A stretch of 64,000 bases of DNA from an uncultured Candidatus Saccharibacteria bacterium (GTDB taxonomy: Bacteria; Patescibacteriota; Saccharimonadia; Saccharimonadales; Saccharimonadaceae), in assembly GCA_963520855.1 (NCBI GenBank), contig CAUQSI010000001.1:184905-248904 (forward strand). Direction: 5' to 3'. The notes under the pieces were generated by a model. That model searched no databases, was not told the DNA's origin, and saw only the letters and a program-made list of their open reading frames with translations. Shown here one piece after another: positions 19,407 to 29,081 of the stretch. Made by a program: the position numbers and the translations under genes. How positions within the stretch are numbered: position 1 is the stretch's first letter; each line of letters starts with the position of its first letter.

Positions 19407-19733
19407 TTATTTCAAAATTTGCTCAAAGACCCAGTTAAATCCAGCGTCAAGTAATAAAATCAATGTGGTAAGCAGTAAAGTAAAGCCAATCACGGTGCCA
19501 GTCATGATCCAAGTGTTGGCGCGGGTTGGCCAACGAACTAGCTTCAGCTCGGCCCACGCTCCCTTGAAATAACCAACAAATGAGTCGCGCATGCCTGAAT
19601 CTGCTTCAGTCTTTTGAATAGCGCGTGCTGGTTTGGTGGTTGATTTCTTTTTGACGGTTTTTTTAGGGGAATCATCCGTTGCCTTGATGCGGCGTACGGT
19701 AGTTTTCCCTGTCTGCTTACCCTTTTCTGCCAT
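19407..19733 (-). CDS. secE: Preprotein translocase SecE
   Basis: ELKLVRWPT + TM; upstream of nusG. Confidence 0.93.
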   Translation of the reverse strand: MAEKGKQTGKTTVRRIKATDDSPKKTVKKKSTTKPARAIQKTEADSGMRDSFVGYFKGAWAELKLVRWPTRANTWIMTGTVIGFTLLLTTLILLLDAGFNWVFEQILK

Positions 19734-19823
19734 GTGTTTCTCCCAAATTAAAAAGTCTGTTTTTCACAGACTGTCAAGTATAGCTTAGCACAAAAAATGC
19801 ATGCATTGCAAGTTTGAGCGGTA

Positions 19824-21035
19824 TTATCGCTTTTTGGCGGGCTTTGCCGGTGGCAGGCTGAAGCTGAAGGTTGATCCGTGATTGAGACGACTTTCCAGTT
19901 TGATGGTGCAGCCGAGCTTGCGGGCTAGCTTGGCCGCCACGTAGAGCCCTAGTCCAGTACCACTGGTTTCGCGCGTGCGGTAATCTTCGGCGCGGAAGAA
20001 GCGATCGAAAATCTTTTTCTGATCACTGCGCCCGATGCCGATGCCGGTGTCCTTGACGCCAAAGTAGACTTTGCCAGCGCTGCGCTTCATGATGAGGGTG
20101 ACTGAGCCTTTTTGGGTGTATTTGATGGCGTTGGTGATGAAATTTTGCAATAATTCTTCAAGATATAGCCGAGACACATTGACATTGCCGACGCCTGCTC
20201 TAACGTCTAGGTTGAACGCCAATTTCTTTTCTGTTGCTTGCGGTTCGTATTCGTGGCGAAGCTTTTCAGCCAGTTCAGTGACGTTGATGAGCTCTGATTC
20301 ATCAGCAATACCACGCTCCGCGCGAGACAGCGTGCTGAGGTCGTTGACGATGCGTGCCAGGAACATGATTTGTTTGTGGGCTTCGGCAAGCGAATCGTCT
20401 AATTTGTCAGTCATACCGCGGTGCATCATGAGCTGAACGTTGGAGAGCGATGCCTCGGCGATGGTGATGGGAGTGCGTAGTTCGTGGCTGATCACACTGA
20501 TGAATTCATCGCGCTCTTCTTCTAGACTTTTGACTCGCGTGATGTCGCGCAAAATGAGGACGTAGCCGTCCGAAGTGAGTGTGTCGCTGCCGCCCTGTAC
20601 CGGCGCGAAAGTAGCTGACAGCCGCACGCGGTCACCGCCCTCAAGGGGCATGATGATGTCGTCGCGGGTACGAATGGCTGGCGATTTTCGCAACTCTTTG
20701 AATACAGGAACTGGCTGTTTGTCGTTGGTTTCAAAATTTAATAACTCATCAATGTGTACGCCTTGGATGCTGGCGTTGGTGTCAAGTAGACTCAAAGCGG
20801 CGGCGTTGTAGAGGCCGATGATGCCGTGGGCATCCATGCTGATGATGGCGTCGGTGAGGTTGTTCACTAGTGTCAATACGCGGTCGCGTTCCAGCCGTTC
20901 ACGGGAGCGACTACGTCGTAGCTCTTGGCGTGACTGGTGTCGTCCACGATAGGCGATGACGACGACTGCTAGAAACATCAGCCATGATATGACAAGTAAA
21001 ATAATGATGGCATAGATAAGATTCCCTCCCTGCAT
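19824..21035 (-). CDS. PAS-domain sensor histidine kinase (WalK/PhoR-like)
   Basis: N-terminal TM, PAS, SHELRTP H-box, NAIKY, DTGIG, F.RFFR, GTGLGL. Confidence 0.92.
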   Translation of the reverse strand: MQGGNLIYAIIILLVISWLMFLAVVVIAYRGRHQSRQELRRSRSRERLERDRVLTLVNNLTDAIISMDAHGIIGLYNAAALSLLDTNASIQGVHIDELLNFETNDKQPVPVFKELRKSPAIRTRDDIIMPLEGGDRVRLSATFAPVQGGSDTLTSDGYVLILRDITRVKSLEEERDEFISVISHELRTPITIAEASLSNVQLMMHRGMTDKLDDSLAEAHKQIMFLARIVNDLSTLSRAERGIADESELINVTELAEKLRHEYEPQATEKKLAFNLDVRAGVGNVNVSRLYLEELLQNFITNAIKYTQKGSVTLIMKRSAGKVYFGVKDTGIGIGRSDQKKIFDRFFRAEDYRTRETSGTGLGLYVAAKLARKLGCTIKLESRLNHGSTFSFSLPPAKPAKKR

Positions 21036-21057
21036 ATGTACCAGTATACCATAAGCA

Positions 21058-21744
21058 TTATACGTGTGGGGTGTATTTTTTCAGGGCGTCGCGGTGTCGT
21101 TTATAGTGCGGGTCGATGGCGGCGACCTCATGCCAAAATGCTTGCGAATGATTCATCTGGCGCGTGTGGCATAGTTCGTGGATGAGAACGTAGTCCAATA
21201 GTTCAAACGGTAGATTCATGAGGGCGATATTTAGGCTGATGGTGCCGTTTGAGGAACAACTGCCCCAGCGACTGGACGAGTGTGTGAGTCGAGTTTTGTC
21301 GTAATGAAAGCCGTGTTGCTCTGCTAAGAATTTGAGGCGGCGTGGCAGATAGCTTTTGGCTTCTTTGCGTAGGGCTTTGACGACATGGTCACGAATGGAT
21401 TGTTGAAACATGGGGTCGGTGAAATCTTGCTCGTCTCTTGCGCTGATGATGATGCTGGTGCCGACAGTTTTGACGGCGGGTTCTCCCTGTTCCATCAACA
21501 AATTGTGACTTTTGCCGATTTGCTGAGGCGTGCTGTATGGAAAGTCGCCTTGCTGCTCGGCGATGAGTTTTTGAATGTTGCGACGTGACCGTTTAATGAG
21601 CAGTTTGGCGGAAGCTAGTGGCGCGTGAAGCGGCATGGTGATGCGGATGCGACCGTTGGGAGCAATGCGCAAACTGACGCGACTGGCTAGTGCGCGCCTG
21701 GTGACAGTGATTTCGCCAAATTCAGAATCAGTGATGGTTGGCAT
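21058..21744 (-). CDS. YgjP/DUF45 (M48-like) metallohydrolase
   Basis: SRWGSCS, DYVLIHELCH, NHS..FW. Confidence 0.9.
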   Translation of the reverse strand: MPTITDSEFGEITVTRRALASRVSLRIAPNGRIRITMPLHAPLASAKLLIKRSRRNIQKLIAEQQGDFPYSTPQQIGKSHNLLMEQGEPAVKTVGTSIIISARDEQDFTDPMFQQSIRDHVVKALRKEAKSYLPRRLKFLAEQHGFHYDKTRLTHSSSRWGSCSSNGTISLNIALMNLPFELLDYVLIHELCHTRQMNHSQAFWHEVAAIDPHYKRHRDALKKYTPHV

Positions 21745-21755
21745 TGAGCCCTCGT

Positions 21756-22310
21756 TTATCCAACTCGACCGCGTCCGCCGATGAATCGTGGCTGAGTGCG
21801 TATGGAAGCAGCTGGACGGGTGGCGTCGCTGAGTTTTTTCAAAAGCGTTTTTGCCTGTGTGTTGTAAGTGTGACGGCCGCTGATAACCATGTATGGCTCG
21901 CTGGCGTGTGGTGGCGAGAAGGTTCGTAATTTCTGTTCAAATAGGGCCTCATCGCCGTTGTGCGAGCGTAGCCACCTGGCTCTGGACATAGCAGGATCGG
22001 TCTGCACCCACACGAACAGTGGTTTAAATCCAGCTTCACGAGCGACTTTGGCGATGTCGGAACGCCAAGCGCGCTTTTCGGTGTTACCATCAAAGATGAT
22101 CGTCTGTTTGGGCTTGAGTAATTCTCGAAGCAAATCGATTGCAGCTTTGTGAATCAGTGTGTCATCGCTTGATAATTCTCGCAGCGTATCACTGCTTAAA
22201 ATTGGCGCATTGAACATTTTGGCAAATTCAGTCGCAAACTGTGTTTTTCCCGCCCCCGGTGCGCCGACCATGATAATCAAGTGCGGCGAAGATAACTGCA
22301 ATGGTTTCAT
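21756..22310 (-). CDS. P-loop kinase (AAA_33-like)
   Basis: GAPGAGKT Walker A, IIFDG. Confidence 0.8.
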   Translation of the reverse strand: MKPLQLSSPHLIIMVGAPGAGKTQFATEFAKMFNAPILSSDTLRELSSDDTLIHKAAIDLLRELLKPKQTIIFDGNTEKRAWRSDIAKVAREAGFKPLFVWVQTDPAMSRARWLRSHNGDEALFEQKLRTFSPPHASEPYMVISGRHTYNTQAKTLLKKLSDATRPAASIRTQPRFIGGRGRVG

Positions 22311-22378
22311 GAAATCAGTATACCATACGCCTGGTTAGAAAAAAACAGAGGGAAAACCTCTGCTATTTCACGGCTCTA

Positions 22379-22454
22379 TGGCAGGGGAGACAGGACTCGA
22401 ACCTGCGACACCCGGTTTTGGAGACCGGTGCTCTACCAACTGAGCTACTCCCCT
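22379..22454 (-). tRNA. tRNA-Trp(CCA)
   Basis: AGGGGAGTAGCTCAGTTGGTAGAGC...CTCCAAA...GGTTCGAGTCC...TGCCA cloverleaf, 76 nt. Confidence 0.97.
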
Positions 22455-22611
22455 GTGTCTTGGCGTTATTTTACATGATTTTTTTGTCTTCGGCAACTCA
22501 TTTTGGGTGATTTGAAGAGGCTATCTGACAGGTCGTGGTGTGAAATACTCCTGAAAAACCGTGAAAAACTATTGAAAAAACATAAGCATCGTTTTATGAT
22601 AAATAGTAGGT

Positions 22612-23823
22612 ATGAAAATATTGATGCTTGGGTGGGAATTACCTCCGCATAATAGCGGGGGTTTAGGCGTCGCTTGTTATCAGATGTCACGGGCATTGGC
22701 TGACTGTGGTGTGGACATCGACTTTGTTGTTCCCTATTCTGCCGAGCATCCGAACATTGACTTCATGAATGTACACGCGGCAACGCACTTGGAAGCGTCA
22801 AAAGATGGCTTTGGCGCCTATGATGATTTGGGTACTTCGGACAAACAAGCGCATGATTGCGGGCTGGGCGGTATGCGTGCGGTGCAGCGACGATATAACT
22901 GCTTCGTTAAAGAATTTGTCAAACAGAATCCTCCGGATGTCATTCACGCTCACGACTGGCTGACCATGGAAGCGGGTATCATCGCTAAGGAGCAGTGCAA
23001 TGCGCCGTTGATCGTGCATGTGCACGCGACTGAATTTGACCGTTCTGGTGAGAATGAGGGCAACCCGTTGGTGCATGAGATTGAGCAGCAAGGATTGTTG
23101 ATGGCTGACCGAATCATTGCAGTGAGCCACATTACCAAAGACATCATTGTGAAGAATTATCACATTCCACCAGAGAAAATCGAGGTTGTCTACAATGCCA
23201 TTGACCTGGATGAACTGCCACCACACGAATACGACCAAGGTACCTATCAATACTTGGAAGACTTGAAAAAAGAGGGCTACATCATCGTTGGTGCGTTGAC
23301 CAGGCTGACAGTGCAAAAAGGCTTAACCTATCTGATTCGGGCGGTGGCGCAGGCCATCAAACAGCACCAAAAAATCGCGTTACTGCTGAGCGGTAGTGGC
23401 GAGCAGCGCGACGAGCTGGTTGCTTTGGCGGCGCACTTGGGCATCAGCGACAAGGTGGTGTTCACGGGCTTTGTCCGTGGTCGGCAGTGGCGTGATGCCT
23501 ACCATCTGATTGACGTATTTGTCATGAGTTCAGTGTCAGAACCGTTTGGTTTAACGGCGTTGGAGGCGGCGCACCACGATACGGCTTTGCTCATCAGTCG
23601 CCAATCCGGTGTCGGCGAAGTGCTGCATAACATTTTACGATTTGACTATTGGGATACTAACAAATTGGCGCGACAAATTGTCATGTTGGCGCGCTCGCCT
23701 GCTCTTTTGGAAATCCTCAAGGAAGATGTCAAAACGGAGTATGCTCAGCTGTCCTGGCAGGACGCGGCTCAGCATTGCTTAAAATTGTACAAACAGGCTC
23801 AATCAAAAGGCGGTGGCGCATGA
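22612..23823 (+). CDS. GT4 glycosyltransferase (glycogen synthase-like)
   Basis: GWELPPHNSGGLG, IHAHDW, SEPFGLTALEA. Confidence 0.9.
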   Translation: MKILMLGWELPPHNSGGLGVACYQMSRALADCGVDIDFVVPYSAEHPNIDFMNVHAATHLEASKDGFGAYDDLGTSDKQAHDCGLGGMRAVQRRYNCFVKEFVKQNPPDVIHAHDWLTMEAGIIAKEQCNAPLIVHVHATEFDRSGENEGNPLVHEIEQQGLLMADRIIAVSHITKDIIVKNYHIPPEKIEVVYNAIDLDELPPHEYDQGTYQYLEDLKKEGYIIVGALTRLTVQKGLTYLIRAVAQAIKQHQKIALLLSGSGEQRDELVALAAHLGISDKVVFTGFVRGRQWRDAYHLIDVFVMSSVSEPFGLTALEAAHHDTALLISRQSGVGEVLHNILRFDYWDTNKLARQIVMLARSPALLEILKEDVKTEYAQLSWQDAAQHCLKLYKQAQSKGGGA

Positions 23824-25016
23824 GCCGTCCAGCGATCACCCTGTACCTGCACGCCCATCAGCCATGGCGCGTCCGCAGCTATGGCGCACTTGACACTGCC
23901 AACCGTCATGATTATTTCAGCGGTGACGGCGACCAAGACAATAAAGAGATCTTTCTCAAAGTGGCAAACAAATCATACCGACCGATGAATGCACTGCTAG
24001 AAAAGTTGTTGCGTGAACATCCAGGGTTTTGTTTGTCGCTGAGTTTGTCTGGAGTATTTCTGGAGCAAGCTGAGCAATTCGCGCCTGATGTGATTGAGAG
24101 TTTTCAGCGACTAGTGAAAACAGGACGTGTAGAATTATTGGCTAGTCCTTATCATCATAGTCTGGCCTTTTTCTACGATCAGTCTGAATTTGAAAAGCAG
24201 GTCGCTCTGCACGCTGAAAAAATCAAGCAGCTATTTGGCGTCTCGCCCAAAGTGTTGGCGAACACTGAGTTAGCGTACAATGACGAGCTTGGAACTTGGG
24301 CGGAAGCACACGGGTATAGTGGTGTGCTGGCTGAAGGCTGGGACAAAGTGCTGGGTTGGCGCAGCCCAAATTATGTCTATCGACCAAAGGGCGCCACACG
24401 TACAAGGCTATTGCTAAAGAACTATCGCTTGAGTGACGACATCGCCTTTCGTTTTAGTAACAAAAGATGGAGCGGCTGGCCGCTGACGGCTGAAACCTAC
24501 AGCTCATGGCTCACAGCATCGGGCGGCCCATTGGTCAATTTGTTCATGGATTATGAAACGTTTGGCGAACACCAGTGGAAAGAACACGGTATTTTCACCT
24601 TCTTTGAACGGTTTGTCGGGAAATGGATAACGGCTGGCGGTCAGTTTAACACGGTGTCGCAAGCTCTATCGAACGCACCAGCGGGAGAGATCAGTATGCC
24701 AGAGACGGTGACTTGGGCTGACAGCGAGAGAGATTTGACGGCTTGGAATGGCAATGCTTTGCAACAAGAAGCTCTGCGCTATCTGTATCAGCTGGCGCCG
24801 CGAGTACTGGCGTCTGGTGATTCTCAATTGGTTAGTGACTGGCGTAATTTGCAAACCTCTGATCACTACTACTACATGTGCACCAAGTGGGCGTCTGACG
24901 GTGATGTTCACGCCTATTTCAGCCCGTACGATTCACCATATGAAGCTTCGCTGTATGTGATGAATGCTTTGCGGGATATCTATTGGCGTTCAAGGCATGC
25001 TCGCCCAATAACATAA
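23820..25016 (+). CDS. GH57 glycoside hydrolase (alpha-amylase-like)
   Basis: HAHQP, NTELAYND, FMDYETFGEHQW, QTSDHYYYM; ATGA overlap with the GT4 gene. Confidence 0.92.
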   Translation: MSRPAITLYLHAHQPWRVRSYGALDTANRHDYFSGDGDQDNKEIFLKVANKSYRPMNALLEKLLREHPGFCLSLSLSGVFLEQAEQFAPDVIESFQRLVKTGRVELLASPYHHSLAFFYDQSEFEKQVALHAEKIKQLFGVSPKVLANTELAYNDELGTWAEAHGYSGVLAEGWDKVLGWRSPNYVYRPKGATRTRLLLKNYRLSDDIAFRFSNKRWSGWPLTAETYSSWLTASGGPLVNLFMDYETFGEHQWKEHGIFTFFERFVGKWITAGGQFNTVSQALSNAPAGEISMPETVTWADSERDLTAWNGNALQQEALRYLYQLAPRVLASGDSQLVSDWRNLQTSDHYYYMCTKWASDGDVHAYFSPYDSPYEASLYVMNALRDIYWRSRHARPIT

Positions 25017-25064
25017 AACCCACACCATGTCGCGTGGGTTTTGATGATAGACCTGATAAAGAGA

Positions 25065-25283
25065 TTAGCTTTTACGAGCTTTAACTTCGTTGCGACCAAG
25101 GTTTTTCTTGGTTTCGGTATAGGTTGCGTGCTCGCGAGCAATTGGGTCGTATTTACGCAGCGTCAATTTACCTTGACCTTTGGTAGTGCGGTTCTGTGTG
25201 TTGATTGTCGTGTAGTAAGTTCGGTGCTTGCTTTTGTCACTGACCAAACCGATCAACTTGCGTTTCGTATTCTTCTTTGCCAT
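25065..25283 (-). CDS. rpmG: 50S ribosomal protein bL33 (Cys-free)
   Basis: YYTTIN...KLTLRKYDP...H.TY.E. Confidence 0.92.
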   Translation of the reverse strand: MAKKNTKRKLIGLVSDKSKHRTYYTTINTQNRTTKGQGKLTLRKYDPIAREHATYTETKKNLGRNEVKARKS

Positions 25284-25458
25284 AGTTTCCCTTTAACAAT
25301 TTGTACTTAAACTTCGATTATACAATATAACAGATTATGTAAATTAGTTCAAGCAATTATCAAATGTTCATTCATTGTGCTTCTGTAAAATATATGATAC
25401 GGTAGTAATAGTAAGATATAACGCATCAGGTGGAGATGATGCAGTAAGGAGTGAGGGT

Positions 25459-27027
25459 ATGGCTAGACAGTCGTGGAAAACATATGTAGCTCGCTTGAAG
25501 CAAGCAGTGACGACATCAAAACAAGTAACTGTAAAACATTTGGGCATCGGTATGATGGTGATGGCTATGGTGCTGCAATCAGTAGTTTTCTTCCAGGATT
25601 ATGCGCAAGCCGCATCAGACGATATGATCCAAGGCGGTGTCGGCAGCAAAGAAGCAATTTTGGCGCATTATGACAAAAATACCAACAATTTCCGCGACGT
25701 ACTAACCTACAATGGCATCACTAGAGCAGAATTGGCGAATATCTCTAGTACCAAGGTGCGCTACGAGGTCGATTCCTCTGCTCAATCATGGGGTTGGACT
25801 TCACGGTTTTCTGAGGCCCAGGGCCAAAAAGCCCACACGGTTGCCGGACGCACCATTTACTCTCGTCCGCAGAAGTTGTGGGACAGTAGTTGGTACATGG
25901 GCTGGGAAGGCAGTTCGGCTACTCGAGGTAAATTCCGCATCATGTCTTCTTGCGGTAACTTGTTGACCTATAGCGTGCCACAGGCTGTTCCGGTGACGCC
26001 AACACCGCAGCCGCAGCCAAAACCAGAGCCTAAGCCACAGCCAGTTGCTACTTGTGATAGCTTGACCATCACTCAACTAGCACGCAACCGCTACCACATG
26101 AGTGCCAAGGCGTCAGCCAAAAATGGTGCCACCATCCAATCAATCTACATCCGGGTGTATGACCCATCAGGCAAACTTGTTGACGCTGGTGGTGTGACCG
26201 GTGACCAAACTGGTATGGGTGTTGAACTCAAGACGCCAGGTACATACAAAGCTCAAGCAACAGCTGTCACCAGTATTGGCGAAGTAACCAGTCCTAATTG
26301 TACGGGTAGCTTTACCATCACTGAGGAAACCAAGCCAGAAGAACCAAAGCCGTCAGTCAGTATCACCAAAACAGTCAACAAACAAGAGCATATCAAAGTG
26401 GCAGTCAACAGTGATTTCACCTATGAAATTACCGTCAAAAACACTGGCAAAACAGATCTGAAAGATGTTGTCGTCAGTGACACTGCACCGAAAGAAGTGA
26501 CTCTGTCAAACAGCAGTGCCGGTAAGGTTGATGGTGCTAAGTGGACACACACCATCGCTAACTTGCCTGCTGGTCAGTCACAGACCTTCTCATTGACCGC
26601 TAAGTACGCGAAGTTCGTTGAGGGCAAGCACAAGAACACTGCTTGTGTTGACACACCGACCATCGCCGGCTCTCCAGACGCTTGTGATGATGCGACAACC
26701 GAAACGTACACAGTAACGACACCTCCAGCAAATCCACCAACTCAGCCAACGCCAAATGAGCCAAATAAGCCAACGCAGCCGACACCTACGCCATCAGTAC
26801 CGAATGAGCCGAATAAGCCGACACCAACTGAGCCGACTACACCACCAACTACCAATCAAACCACGCCTCCTGCTGCCACGTCGCAGCCGCAGCCAACTCC
26901 TACCGCGCCAACCACTAAGGAGCTGCCGCTCACTGGTACTCTGAACACTGCCAGTGGCATCCTGGGTCTTGGTGGACTGGTGAGCGTAACATGCGCTTAT
27001 GTGATGAGCCGTCGCAGCTTGCGCTAA
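25459..27027 (+). CDS. Surface protein with Ig/PKD-like and DUF11 domains, PT stalk and LPLTG motif
   Basis: AAGGAG SD; N-terminal TM/signal; VSITKTV...FTYEITVKNTG...VVVSD.AP (DUF11); LPLTG + TM + RRSLR. Confidence 0.85.
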   Translation: MARQSWKTYVARLKQAVTTSKQVTVKHLGIGMMVMAMVLQSVVFFQDYAQAASDDMIQGGVGSKEAILAHYDKNTNNFRDVLTYNGITRAELANISSTKVRYEVDSSAQSWGWTSRFSEAQGQKAHTVAGRTIYSRPQKLWDSSWYMGWEGSSATRGKFRIMSSCGNLLTYSVPQAVPVTPTPQPQPKPEPKPQPVATCDSLTITQLARNRYHMSAKASAKNGATIQSIYIRVYDPSGKLVDAGGVTGDQTGMGVELKTPGTYKAQATAVTSIGEVTSPNCTGSFTITEETKPEEPKPSVSITKTVNKQEHIKVAVNSDFTYEITVKNTGKTDLKDVVVSDTAPKEVTLSNSSAGKVDGAKWTHTIANLPAGQSQTFSLTAKYAKFVEGKHKNTACVDTPTIAGSPDACDDATTETYTVTTPPANPPTQPTPNEPNKPTQPTPTPSVPNEPNKPTPTEPTTPPTTNQTTPPAATSQPQPTPTAPTTKELPLTGTLNTASGILGLGGLVSVTCAYVMSRRSLR

Positions 27028-27045
27028 TCTACAACAAATAACTAC

Positions 27046-27082
27046 GATAAAATCCGCGCCACAGAACCGGCGCGGATTTATT
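27046..27082. terminator. Bidirectional terminator
   Basis: AATCCGCGCC/GGCGCGGATT between convergent genes. Confidence 0.75.
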
Positions 27083-27098
27083 GTTGGCGGGCGAACAG

Positions 27099-27593
27099 TT
27101 ACCGATAGTTGCCAAAGCTCAACGGAAAATCAAAATCTGCTTGATTGAGCGTAGCCATGACGGATTGTAGCTCATCCTTGCTGTTTGAGGTACAGCGCAC
27201 GCTGCCACCTTGAATCTGGGTTTTTACCTTGGGATGTGCTTCTTTCAGAAGCTTGGTGATCTTTTTGGCATTTTCTTGACTGAGGCCGTCTTTGAACGGT
27301 ACATCTTGCCAGGCACGCATGTTGGCGGCATTGTGTGCCCCGCCAAGGTCGAGCACTTTGCTGGTCATATTGCGCTTGGCGAGCTGCCGGCCGATCATAT
27401 CAATGATTGATTGCACCTGAAACTCATCTGCGCCGATGACCTTGAAGCCCTTTTTGTCTGGCAGCCACTCGACATCAGCCGGCGTCCCTTTAAAGTCAAA
27501 GCGGTTGGCAATTTCCCGCACCACCAATTGATGAACGTTATTCATCTCTGGTTTGTTAAATGTGCTTTCTATATCAAAACTAAATTGAGCCAT
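27099..27593 (-). CDS. yajQ: YajQ-family nucleotide/c-di-GMP binding protein
   Basis: FSFDI, RFDFKG, AKKITK, QIQG..VR, DELQ, F.NYR. Confidence 0.93.
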   Translation of the reverse strand: MAQFSFDIESTFNKPEMNNVHQLVVREIANRFDFKGTPADVEWLPDKKGFKVIGADEFQVQSIIDMIGRQLAKRNMTSKVLDLGGAHNAANMRAWQDVPFKDGLSQENAKKITKLLKEAHPKVKTQIQGGSVRCTSNSKDELQSVMATLNQADFDFPLSFGNYR

Positions 27594-27669
27594 AATTCCT
27601 CCTGATAATTATTATAGCAAACGCTTTTCACCGAGAGGATAATTTGGTATAATCAGCTGTGAGTATGAC

Positions 27670-27745
27670 GCCGCGATAGCTCAGTTGGTAGAGCGCATCC
27701 ATGGTAAGGATGAGGTCTCGGGTTCAAGCCCCGATCGTGGCTCCA
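27670..27745 (+). tRNA. tRNA-Thr(GGT)
   Basis: GCCGCGATAGCTCAGTTGGTAGAGC...CATGGTAA...GGTTCAAGCCC...CTCCA. Confidence 0.96.
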
Positions 27746-27807
27746 TTTTGATTTTATAGAAAAGGCCGCTACGTGAGCGACCTTTTTAGTTTGCAATATG
27801 TACGAGC

Positions 27808-28092
27808 TTATTTTTGGTTTCGTTTGGTTACCTTTTTGGCTTCGTGCTTTGGTAGGATTGGTGCGATGAATGCATCGAGCAGCGCCCAGGCGACGCCGTT
27901 GAAGATGTATACGACGGCGGTAAAGGCAGCGATGATCATGAGTACGCGTCCGAAGTCGCTGTTTAATAGAGATAGAAAGCCCGCTACGACTGCCAGTGAG
28001 ATGATGATCAGGAAATACGCCTGTTGCAGTTTGGTACGCTGGTTTTTGTTGCTATTCCATTCGGTTAGAAATTGTTTGAATAATAAGAACAT
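27808..28092 (-). CDS. Small 2-TM hypothetical protein
   Basis: Two hydrophobic helices; TATAAT 6 nt before ATG. Confidence 0.7.
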   Translation of the reverse strand: MFLLFKQFLTEWNSNKNQRTKLQQAYFLIIISLAVVAGFLSLLNSDFGRVLMIIAAFTAVVYIFNGVAWALLDAFIAPILPKHEAKKVTKRNQK

Positions 28093-28195
28093 AATTAGAT
28101 TATAGCATGTATCTTATGTTTAGTCAATGGACAGAGGTCTACTTGACGGAATTATGGGCAATCAAAAACCGCCTCGTGATGAGACGGTGTTTGAT

Positions 28196-28280
28196 TGGTA
28201 CCGGAAGTAGGACTCGAACCTACGAAGCCTTACGGCGGGAGATTTACAGTCTCCTGTGATTGCCACTACACGATTCCGGC
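28196..28280 (-). tRNA. tRNA-Tyr(GTA)
   Basis: 85 nt with variable arm, CTGTAAA loop, GGTTCGAGTCC, CCA end. Confidence 0.94.
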
Positions 28281-28287
28281 GTGTGTT

Positions 28288-28364
28288 TGGAGCCGCTTCT
28301 CGGGCTCGAACCGAGGACCTACGGTTTACAAAACCGTTGCTCTAGCCAGCTGAGCTAAAGCGGC
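28288..28364 (-). tRNA. tRNA-Thr(TGT)
   Basis: GCCGCTTTAGCTCAG...TTTGTAA...GGTTCGAGCCC...CTCCA. Confidence 0.96.
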
Positions 28365-28402
28365 ACTGCTGTGATTATAGCAAAAAAAAATAGGCTAAGC
28401 AA

Positions 28403-29071
28403 CTACATTACCAACTTTTTGGGCTGTTTTGGCTGACGGCGCTGACGCGGTACGGTGCCGTGGCTGTCTGGGACCAACATGGCCGCAGCTTTTTTGCGTA
28501 GTCCAGAGGCCAACTCTGCTTGTCCGTTGTTGTCGTAAGCCTCGGCCAGAACGGTCAATGTCTGTGGAATTGGGTCAAGTTCGACTGCTTTTTCCAGTGC
28601 AGCGATCATCTTTTTACCATTACCCATTTTCTCTTGGACTTTGGCGTAGGCGATGTAGCGTGCCGCCAAATCGTCTTCCATCTCCAGAGCTTGCTCAAAG
28701 GCTAGCGCTGCTTTGGGATAATTCTTTGTTTCGTAATAAATCAAACCAACGTTGTGCAGACTGGAAGCGCTCGGTTCCAAGCTCTGGGCGATCTCAAAGC
28801 ACTCAATGGCATCTTTGTAGGCCTGCTGCTTGGCGTACAGAATACCCAAACGGTTGTAGGCGGTGGCGTTCTTCTCGTCGACACGCAAAATTGTCAGCAG
28901 TGCTTTCTCTGCCCTGAGATATTTGTTGTCGCGAATGGATTCTTGCGCAATGGCCCACAATTGATCGAGTTTTTCAGAAATCTTGGCTGGAAAATCTGCA
29001 GAATTTTCTTCGGAAGGTTTGTAGGTGATTGCCCAAATGATAATTGCTAAAATGAATATCAAACTTAACAT
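28403..29071 (-). CDS. Membrane-anchored TPR protein
   Basis: N-terminal TM; AYNRLGILY...AIECFE.A, LHNVGLIYY...A..AFE.AL TPR repeats. Confidence 0.85.
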   Translation of the reverse strand: MLSLIFILAIIIWAITYKPSEENSADFPAKISEKLDQLWAIAQESIRDNKYLRAEKALLTILRVDEKNATAYNRLGILYAKQQAYKDAIECFEIAQSLEPSASSLHNVGLIYYETKNYPKAALAFEQALEMEDDLAARYIAYAKVQEKMGNGKKMIAALEKAVELDPIPQTLTVLAEAYDNNGQAELASGLRKKAAAMLVPDSHGTVPRQRRQPKQPKKLVM

Positions 29072-29081
29072 ATCTGCTTAA

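Noticed and set aside
22379..28364. Prophage or ICE integrated at the tRNAs
   Set aside because: No integrase and no duplicated tRNA 3' end seen
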